Assembly: GCA_963716175.1 (NCBI GenBank) | Contig: OY970296.1 | Coordinates: 416,001 to 480,000 of the forward strand | DNA from: an uncultured Armatimonadetes bacterium | GTDB lineage: Bacteria > Armatimonadota > Hebobacteria > Hebobacterales > Hebobacteraceae | Reading direction: 5' to 3' | Length of the DNA stretch: 64,000 nt | Part shown: in pieces, positions 45,334 to 52,875 of the stretch | Numbering within the stretch: the stretch's first letter is position 1 | Layout: each line of letters begins with the position of its first letter | Program-made: the position numbers and the translations under genes | Notes under the pieces: model-generated | What the model was told of the DNA's origin: nothing | The model's input: only the letters and a program-made list of their open reading frames with translations | Database searches by the model: none

Positions 45334-47925
45334 GTGAGCCATATCCTTATCTGCGGCGCGGCGGGCTATACCAATCTGGGCGATGATGCCATCCTCTGGG
45401 GGATGCTCACTCAGCTGCGGCCAGCGGTCGGGGGCCGTGCCATCAGGGTGGCCGGGGGCCCAGGGCTGGCGCCGCTGCTGACCCTATTCGGGGCTGCGCC
45501 CGTCTCCTACATGGACCGCCCGGAGCTGGCCCGCGCCGTCGAGGAGGCCGGCCTGGTCATCCTCGGGGGCGGCGGGATGCTGTACGATGTGGATTACGAA
45601 GCCAGCCTCGCTCGGTTCTTCGGCGACCCGGCCGATCGTCCCTGGCTCTATGAGCTCGCCCAGATCGCAGCCGCAGCGCGGGTCGCGGCACGGCCGTTGA
45701 TGCTGTATGGGATGGGAGCAGGCCCACTGGTGACAGAGGCGGCGCGGCGGGCGGCGCGGTTCGTCGCAGAGCAAGCCTCGGTGGTCACTGTCCGCGACGC
45801 CGGCTCGGCTGATCTGCTGGCGGAATGCGGCGTGCCGCGGGCCCACGTCCAGGTCGCTGGTGACCCGGCCCTGGCCGTGGCTCCCGGATCGGCGGAGAGC
45901 GCGGAGAGCTTCCTCAGGGCCACCGGCATCGCCGCCCGTCCCAGGCCCTGGATCGCGCTGAACCTGAGGCCGTTGGTGGCGGGCATGGGCATGCCCGCCC
46001 TACAGGAGGCACAGCTCGTTGCCCGGGCCGCAGAGCTGGTGCGCCGGCTCACCGACCGGCTCGCCGCCACGGTGGTGCTGATGCCATTCCAGCGAACCAG
46101 ACACGATGACCGGGAGGTCCTGGGCGCGGCGCTGGAGGCGGCCGGGAAGCCCGCTAACGCGCTGCTCGTGGCGCCACCCCCTCTGCCGCCCGATCTGGCG
46201 GCCGTGCTGGCGCGCTTCGATCTCGTGGTCGGGATGCGGCTGCACTCTCTGATGCTGGCCATGAACGGGGCCGTGCCCTTCGTCGGGCTCTGCTATGACC
46301 CCAAGGTGGCTGAGTTCGCTCGCGAGGCGGGCCTGGGCGAGTACCTGCATGCCGTTGATGAACTCGACCCGGAATCGGTCGCAGCTTCGTGCCAGCGCCT
46401 ATTGAGCCGGCGCGCGGAGGCCTCGGGTCTGCTGGCTCAGCGCAACGAGCAGATGCGGACCGCTGCCGGGCTCTCGGCCGAACTCGCGGCCTGGCTGCTC
46501 GCCCGGAGGACCGGGCTCCCACAGGCGCCCCGCCCCCGCGGCGCGCGGTCTGCGGCCGCACCGCGGCCGGTGAGGCTGCCGCGGGTGCTGATGCAGATCC
46601 GGGCCGACTACCAGGACCTCCCAGGCGGCGACACGGTGCAGATGACCCAGACCAGGCGCGCCCTGCAGGAGTTGGGGGTAAGGGCGGAGGTGAGCACCGA
46701 GGAAGCGCCTGATCTATCAGCATACGATCTCGTCCACACCTTCAACCTTGGGAGGCCGGGCGAGCCCTACAGGCACTGCCTGAACGCGATGTCACAGGGC
46801 AAGCCGGTGGCGCTTTCTACCGTCTACGCCGACTTTGGGGAGATGTGGGAGTGGGGCGACTCCGATTACTGGGAGCTGCCGCCGCCAGAGGTGGGGCTGC
46901 CGGTGCCCAGGAGGGCGCCGCCGGTGGGGCCAGTCGAGGCCCGCCGCCGGATGCGCTTGGAAGAGCAGCGGCAGGCCGCCATTGACTGGGCGACGGTCTA
47001 TCTGCCGAATGGGCAGGGGGAGGCTGACTGGCTGCACGCCGCCCATGGTATGGACCTGAGCCGGACCGTGGTGGTGCCAAACGCGGTCGCGGACATCTTC
47101 TTCGACGCGCGGCCGGAGGCATTCGTGGCCCGCTGCGGGCTGCGGGATTTCGTCCTATGCGCAGCGCGGGTGGAGAAGCGTAAGAACCAGCTCAGTCTGG
47201 TGGCTGCCTTGCGAGGGACCGGCCTGCCTCTGGTGATCCTGGGGTGGGCGAACCCGGAGGCCTACCGCGATCTCTGCCGCCGCTATGCAGACGAGAATGT
47301 GCGGTTTATTGACGGGCTGGCCCACGAGGAGCTGCCTTCGGCCTACGCCGCGGCCAGGGTGCACGTGCTCGCCGGTTGGTTCGAGACCCCCGGCCTCTCC
47401 ACCCTGGAGGCGGCCGCCGCCGGCTGCAATGTCGTGTCCACCGACCGGGGGCTGGCGCGGGAGTACTTCGGCGACCTGGCCTGGTACTGCGACCCGGGCC
47501 GCATCGAGTCCATCCGGGAGGCGGTGCTGGCCGCCTACCAGGCCCCCCGGTCTGACCGCTTGCGGGACCACGTGTGCCAGCACTACACCTGGCGGCATGC
47601 CGCAGAGCGAACGCTGGAGGCCTATCAGCTCGCACTCGCCCTGCACCAGAGCGGAAGCGATCGCGATCGGCAGCCCGAGCTGCTGGCCGCCGCCCGGCGG
47701 CACGCGGACTGGCTGGCGCGGCTGGCCGCCGACCGTCAGTACGAGGCCGACCAGTTGCGCCAATGGGCCTCCGATTTGGACACGCGCAGGAAGGACCTGG
47801 AGGCGGAGGTGCAGCGGCTGCAGCGGGAGCTGGAACTGGTGACCTCGCGGCGGCTGTATCGGTGGTCGGAATCGGTGGGTCGTGCGGGCTGGGGCCTGCT
47901 TCGCGCTCTGAGGATCAAGCGGTGA
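45334..47925 (+). CDS. Polysaccharide pyruvyltransferase (CsaB/WcaK-like) fused to GT4, with coiled coil and C-terminal tail motif
   Basis: NLGDDAI, GGGG, VRD, DP, GMRLHS, YDPKV; GT4 GGD, KNQ, ETPGLSTLEAAA; heptad-like tail. Confidence 0.88.
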   Translation: MSHILICGAAGYTNLGDDAILWGMLTQLRPAVGGRAIRVAGGPGLAPLLTLFGAAPVSYMDRPELARAVEEAGLVILGGGGMLYDVDYEASLARFFGDPADRPWLYELAQIAAAARVAARPLMLYGMGAGPLVTEAARRAARFVAEQASVVTVRDAGSADLLAECGVPRAHVQVAGDPALAVAPGSAESAESFLRATGIAARPRPWIALNLRPLVAGMGMPALQEAQLVARAAELVRRLTDRLAATVVLMPFQRTRHDDREVLGAALEAAGKPANALLVAPPPLPPDLAAVLARFDLVVGMRLHSLMLAMNGAVPFVGLCYDPKVAEFAREAGLGEYLHAVDELDPESVAASCQRLLSRRAEASGLLAQRNEQMRTAAGLSAELAAWLLARRTGLPQAPRPRGARSAAAPRPVRLPRVLMQIRADYQDLPGGDTVQMTQTRRALQELGVRAEVSTEEAPDLSAYDLVHTFNLGRPGEPYRHCLNAMSQGKPVALSTVYADFGEMWEWGDSDYWELPPPEVGLPVPRRAPPVGPVEARRRMRLEEQRQAAIDWATVYLPNGQGEADWLHAAHGMDLSRTVVVPNAVADIFFDARPEAFVARCGLRDFVLCAARVEKRKNQLSLVAALRGTGLPLVILGWANPEAYRDLCRRYADENVRFIDGLAHEELPSAYAAARVHVLAGWFETPGLSTLEAAAAGCNVVSTDRGLAREYFGDLAWYCDPGRIESIREAVLAAYQAPRSDRLRDHVCQHYTWRHAAERTLEAYQLALALHQSGSDRDRQPELLAAARRHADWLARLAADRQYEADQLRQWASDLDTRRKDLEAEVQRLQRELELVTSRRLYRWSESVGRAGWGLLRALRIKR

Positions 47926-48998
47926 GACTGACTGTCATCATCCCCACCTACAATCGCAGCGCGCTCCTGGGTAGGGCGCTGCGCCTGCTGCTGGATGAGC
48001 AGACCGCCGCGCCCAGCGACTACGAGCTTGTCGTGGTGGACGACGGCTCGACCGACGGCACCCCCGAGGTGGTCAAGGCCGTTGGCGCGCCGGAGTCGCG
48101 CCTGCGGTATTTCCGCCAGGAGAACCAGGGCCCGGCGGCGGCGCGCAACCTGGGCGTGCGAGAGGCGAAGGGCAAGATCGTCCTCTTCACCGGGGATGAT
48201 TGCCTGCCCGACCGGCGGCTGATCGAGGAGCACCTGCGGGCGCATGATCGGAGCGGGGACGTGGGCGTGGTGGGGCATGTCGCCTGGCACCCCGACCTGG
48301 AGCTGACGCCGCTGATGCTCTTCCTCGATCAGGGAGCGCAGTTCGGGTTCGGGTACATCAACGACCCTGATCATGTGAGCGCCTGGTCGTTCTACACCGC
48401 CAACTGCTCGGTGCAGCGCCATTGGATCGAGGAGGTGGGTGGGTTCGACGAGGACTTCGAGAATGCGGCCTACGAGGACATCGAGCTGGCTTACCGCATG
48501 CAGCAGCGGGGCCTGCGTATCATCTACCATCGCCCTGCGCTCACCTATCACCACCACGCGCCCACCCTGGAGGGACACCTGGTGCGCCAGCGTCTCTGCG
48601 GCCGGTCCTCGGTGATCTTCTGGCGCAAGCATCCGGAGCTGAAGGAGGAGCTGGACATCGTCGAGGCGCAGCGACCCAGATATGCCCTTCAGTTCTTCGA
48701 GGCCGTGGGCGCCTATGCCAAGGCGCTGGGGGTGAGAGAGGTGCTGCGGCAGCAGATCCTGCTCAGGGAACAGGGCCAGGAGGCCGAGGGTGGCCCTGCC
48801 CCGGACCCCCAGGCCTGGGTGAGGGAGGCCCTGGGCACGGCCGACCCTGACAGAGAAGAGCTGATCCGTCTGCGGGCCGAACTCCGGGATATGGAGCAGG
48901 AGTGGCAGCGCGTCACCTCTCGCCGCCTCTACCGATGGTCGGAAGCGGGGGCGCGGGCCGGGTGGAGCTTCCTGCGGCGGCTGGGGATCAGACCATGA
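47922..48998 (+). CDS. GT2 glycosyltransferase
   Basis: IIPTYNR, VVDDGSTD, ARNLG, GDD, GGFDEDF..EDIELAYR. Confidence 0.92.
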   Translation: MRLTVIIPTYNRSALLGRALRLLLDEQTAAPSDYELVVVDDGSTDGTPEVVKAVGAPESRLRYFRQENQGPAAARNLGVREAKGKIVLFTGDDCLPDRRLIEEHLRAHDRSGDVGVVGHVAWHPDLELTPLMLFLDQGAQFGFGYINDPDHVSAWSFYTANCSVQRHWIEEVGGFDEDFENAAYEDIELAYRMQQRGLRIIYHRPALTYHHHAPTLEGHLVRQRLCGRSSVIFWRKHPELKEELDIVEAQRPRYALQFFEAVGAYAKALGVREVLRQQILLREQGQEAEGGPAPDPQAWVREALGTADPDREELIRLRAELRDMEQEWQRVTSRRLYRWSEAGARAGWSFLRRLGIRP

Positions 48999-50092
48999 GG
49001 CTCAGCATCTTGATCCCGACGTACAACCGGGCCCAGATGCTGGGCCGCACTATCGCCGGCCTCCTGGACCAGTCGGCCCCTACCGAAGACTACGAGATCG
49101 TGGTGGTGGACGATGGCTCCACAGATGATACCACCGAGGTGATGGCCGGCCTGAGCCGGCCCGGCGTTGCCCTCCAGTACATTCGCCAGGACAACAAAGG
49201 GCGGGGGGCCGCCCGGAATACCGGCCTGCGAGCTGCGCAGGGCAAGATAGCGCTGTTCATGGGAGATGACTGCATCCCGGACCGCCGCCTGGTGGAGGAG
49301 CATCTGCGGGCGCATGACAAGGAGGGGGATGTGGCCGTGGTAGGTCATGTCTCGTGGCACCCCGAGCTTCCAGTGACACCCCTGATGCGGTTCCTCGACG
49401 AGGGCACCCAGTTCGGTTTCGCTCGCATCAAGGACCCCGATCACGTCTCTTACTGGTTCTTCTATACCAGCAACTGCTCGCTGCAACGGCACTGGATCGA
49501 GGACGTCGGCGGGTTCGACGAGGATTTCGTGCAGTACGGCTTCGAGGACAATGAGGTCGCGTATCGCATGCAGCGGCGGGGCTTGCGGATCATCTACCGG
49601 CCCGCGGCTCACTGCTACCATCATCATGCCACCGCGCTGGAGCAGTTCCTGGTACGCCAGTGGCTGTGTGGCAAGGCGGCGGTCTCATTCTGGCGCAAGC
49701 ACCCGGAGCTGAAGGAGCAACTCGGGATCGTGGAGGCGGGGCGGGCGACGACAGTCATCCAGCTGTTCGAGGCCACCATGGGCTACGCCCAGGCCCTGGG
49801 CGTGAAAGAGGAGCTGCGAGGCGAATCCCCTCTCGCCCAGGCCGACTTGGAGCGACTCTGGAGCAATGCCGAGATGGCGGAGGCCGGGCGCGCCTGGGCG
49901 GTCGAGGCCTTCGGCCCGATCGGCCCTGAGAAGGTAGAGCTGATCCGGCTGCGGGGCAAGGTTTACCTCATGGCTCAGCAGTGGCAGCGGGTCAGCGCGC
50001 GGCGCTTCTACCGCTGGTCCGAGTGGCTGGCGCGACAAGGATGGGGACTGCTACGCTGCCTGGGTTTCGGTCGCCGCGCCAGGACAGGCTAA
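48995..50092 (+). CDS. GT2 glycosyltransferase (tandem paralog of upstream gene)
   Basis: LIPTYNR, VVDDGSTD, GDDCIPD, GGFDEDF..EDNEVAYR. Confidence 0.92.
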   Translation: MRLSILIPTYNRAQMLGRTIAGLLDQSAPTEDYEIVVVDDGSTDDTTEVMAGLSRPGVALQYIRQDNKGRGAARNTGLRAAQGKIALFMGDDCIPDRRLVEEHLRAHDKEGDVAVVGHVSWHPELPVTPLMRFLDEGTQFGFARIKDPDHVSYWFFYTSNCSLQRHWIEDVGGFDEDFVQYGFEDNEVAYRMQRRGLRIIYRPAAHCYHHHATALEQFLVRQWLCGKAAVSFWRKHPELKEQLGIVEAGRATTVIQLFEATMGYAQALGVKEELRGESPLAQADLERLWSNAEMAEAGRAWAVEAFGPIGPEKVELIRLRGKVYLMAQQWQRVSARRFYRWSEWLARQGWGLLRCLGFGRRARTG

Positions 50093-51732
50093 TGCCGACC
50101 GCATCGGTCGTCCTCCTCAACTGGAACGGAGCTCATCTGCTGCCCACCTGCCTGGCCTCGCTGCGCGCCCAGAGCCGCCCACCGGCGGAGATCATCATGC
50201 CGGACAACGGCTCCACCGACGGCTCCCTGGAGCTGGTGGCGAGGCGCTATCCTGAGGTGCGGGTCATCCGGTTTCCGCGGAATATGGGATTCTGCCTGGC
50301 CATGAACGCGGGGATGGAGGCCAGCCACGGCGAGTTCATCCTCTCGCTCAACAACGATACCGAGCTCGACCAGCATTGCCTCCACGAGCTGGTGTCCGCC
50401 ATGCGGTCCGATCCCGGGCTGGGGATGTGTGCGCCCAAGATGATCTACTATGACGACCCCGGGTTGATCAACTCCGCCGGACATGCCTGCGGCCCCGATG
50501 GGGTGGTGGTGGACATCGGCCGGGGGCAGAGAGACGGGAAATGGTTCCGCCATCCCCGGGAGGTGCTGGGCGCCTGCGCGGGCGCGGCCCTCTACCGCCG
50601 GGAGATGCTGGCCCAGGTGGGGCTGTTCGATCCCGACTTCTTCATCAGCTATGAAGACGCCGACCTGAGCTGGCGGGCGCAGTGGGCGGGGTGGCGTGCG
50701 CGCTATGTGCCGACCGCAGTGGTACGGCACCGGGAGGGAGTCTCGCGAGGAATCCGCAGCCGTCGCGCGGTGTTCCTGGGGATGCGCAACAGCGTCCACG
50801 TATGGACCAAGGACTGGCCGCTGTCCTCTCTCTGGCATCATCTGCCCGCGATCTGGCGCGGCTGGCGCGCCGCTGCCTTGGAGCTGACGCGCCGGGGTGA
50901 GGCCGGGGTGGTGGCGGCGGCGACCTGGGACGCGCTGGCGCAGACGCCGCGCATGCTGAACCGGAGGCGGCGGATCGGGCGCAGCAGGTCGGTCGCAGCC
51001 AGCAGGTTCGAGGCATTGCTGGAGATGGGCCGCCACCACACTCGTGGCGATTCTGAGCGACGCGAGGAATCGCCTGCCCTGGACAGCGGGGGCGCTTTAG
51101 CGCCCCCGCCCGCGTGCCGCCGGAGGAATGAACCCGTGCCGACGCGCATCCTCGCCATCTCGCTGGTCCCGCCGGAGACGTTCGCCCGAATATTGCGGGC
51201 GGTGCGCGACCAGTATCCAGAGGGGGAACTGGTGGCATTGCTCGGTTCCGAGGGGCGCTATGACAGCGCCGACGAGGTCATGCTCTGGCGATCCTCCGGC
51301 GCCCGAAGGCTGATCAAGGAGCTGCGGCGCCGGCGGCCTGACCTGGTGGTGGTGGCCCATGGCGGCGACCAGTGCCTGACCCGCGCTTACTGGAAGGCAG
51401 TGCTTTTGGCACTGCTGGCGGGAGCGCGGCAGCAGTTGCTCTGGCGAGACACCTGTAGGGTGGGCATGTCTCTGCATGCCCGCCGCCAGGGGGCGACGCC
51501 AGCGGTTCGCGCTTGCTCGAAGGCGGGATTCGTGCTGCGCGCAGCCGGCCAGGCGGTCGCCCAGTTGGCGGCCGAGGCCTATGTGGCCGCCACAGGCTTG
51601 CTGCTGGCGCCTATACTGGCAGCGGTCGCCATCACCGATATCACTGAGTACTTGGCGCGGGCCGGGCGGCTGGGGCCGCCACGCGGCCAGCGGGAGAGAA
51701 GGAGCGTCCCCCGGCGGCGGCAAACTGGCTAG
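50092..51732 (+). CDS. GT2 glycosyltransferase with C-terminal GT9-N-domain-like module
   Basis: LNWNG, DNGSTD, LNND, GLFDPDFF.YED.DL.WR; second module from about 51136. Confidence 0.88.
   Translation: MPTASVVLLNWNGAHLLPTCLASLRAQSRPPAEIIMPDNGSTDGSLELVARRYPEVRVIRFPRNMGFCLAMNAGMEASHGEFILSLNNDTELDQHCLHELVSAMRSDPGLGMCAPKMIYYDDPGLINSAGHACGPDGVVVDIGRGQRDGKWFRHPREVLGACAGAALYRREMLAQVGLFDPDFFISYEDADLSWRAQWAGWRARYVPTAVVRHREGVSRGIRSRRAVFLGMRNSVHVWTKDWPLSSLWHHLPAIWRGWRAAALELTRRGEAGVVAAATWDALAQTPRMLNRRRRIGRSRSVAASRFEALLEMGRHHTRGDSERREESPALDSGGALAPPPACRRRNEPVPTRILAISLVPPETFARILRAVRDQYPEGELVALLGSEGRYDSADEVMLWRSSGARRLIKELRRRRPDLVVVAHGGDQCLTRAYWKAVLLALLAGARQQLLWRDTCRVGMSLHARRQGATPAVRACSKAGFVLRAAGQAVAQLAAEAYVAATGLLLAPILAAVAITDITEYLARAGRLGPPRGQRERRSVPRRRQTG
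51452..51487 (+). repeat. Intragenic GTAG-type REP palindrome (exact inverted copy at 56377-56412)
   Basis: cctgtagggtgggcatgtctctgcatgcccgccgcc, 36/36 match to the reverse complement of 56377-56412. Confidence 0.85.
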
Positions 51733-51813
51733 GCCAGTGCCGCCGCGGCGGCCGCTTGCCGCGGCCTAGCCGCTGATGGGGCGGGGCCAGCAGACCGGAG
51801 TGACGGGAGAGCG

Positions 51814-52875
51814 ATGCGCGTTCTGGTTACTGGGATTGCAGGCTTCATCGGCAGCCACGTGGCCGAGGGACTGGTCGCGGCCGGACACGAGGTGGTGGGG
51901 ATAGACGATCTCGCCGGCGGGTTCAAGCGCAACGTGCCCGCCCAGGCGAAGTTCCTCCGGCTCGATCTGCGCGATGCCGCTGAGACCGAGCGCGTGGTGA
52001 GCGAGCATCCGGCGGACGTGCTCTGTCACCTGGCCGCCAATGCCCGCGAGGGCGCCTCTCAGTTCCAGCCCCGGGATGTCTGCGGCCGGAACCTGATGGC
52101 CTACGTCAATGTGCTGGTGCCGGCCATGCGCGGCGGAATGAAGAAGGTGGTGCTCTACAGCTCGATGGCGGTCTACGGCGATCAGCAGGCGCCCTTTGAT
52201 GAGACTATGCCGCGCCAGCCGGTGGACATCTACGGGGTGAACAAGGCGGCAATGGAGGAGATCACCGGGATTCTGGCGGAGGTGCACGATTTCTCCTATA
52301 CCATCATCCGCCCACACAACGTCTTCGGCGAGCGGCAGAGCCTGCGAGATCGCTTCCGTAATGTGGTGGCCATCTTCATGAATCGCATCATGCGGGGCGA
52401 ACCGCTGTATATCTATGGAGACGGAGAGCAGACCCGGGCTTTTAGCTACATCGCGGACTCCCTGCCCGCCTTCCTGGCCGCGGTCGAGCTGCGGCCCGAG
52501 CTCGACCGGCAGGCCATCAACGTGGGTGGGAGAAAGGCGGTGAGTGTCAACGACTTGGTGCGGCTCGTGTGCGCCGCCTTCGGGGCCAAACCGGAGGTGG
52601 TGCACCTGCCCGACCGGCCTCGGGAAGTGAGGAACGCCTACTGCACCTGGCAGAAGTCCGAGGCGCTGCTGAACTACCAGGAGCACTACGATCTGGAGCA
52701 GGCGATTGGCCGCATGGCGCAGTGGGCCAGGATGATAGGGCCACAGCCCTGGAGCGAAGAGGAGCTGGAGCTGCCCAGCGCGAAGGCGCCTGTCATCTGG
52801 ATGAGCGACGACCCGCCAGGCGAGATCACCAGCAGGCCCGCCACGCCGCCGGCGGGCAAGCCCGATAGCCCGTGA
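51814..52875 (+). CDS. NAD-dependent nucleotide-sugar epimerase/dehydratase (extended SDR)
   Basis: TGIAGFIGSH, HLAA, SSMAVYG, YGVNK, NVFG, GDGEQTR. Confidence 0.93.
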   Translation: MRVLVTGIAGFIGSHVAEGLVAAGHEVVGIDDLAGGFKRNVPAQAKFLRLDLRDAAETERVVSEHPADVLCHLAANAREGASQFQPRDVCGRNLMAYVNVLVPAMRGGMKKVVLYSSMAVYGDQQAPFDETMPRQPVDIYGVNKAAMEEITGILAEVHDFSYTIIRPHNVFGERQSLRDRFRNVVAIFMNRIMRGEPLYIYGDGEQTRAFSYIADSLPAFLAAVELRPELDRQAINVGGRKAVSVNDLVRLVCAAFGAKPEVVHLPDRPREVRNAYCTWQKSEALLNYQEHYDLEQAIGRMAQWARMIGPQPWSEEELELPSAKAPVIWMSDDPPGEITSRPATPPAGKPDSP

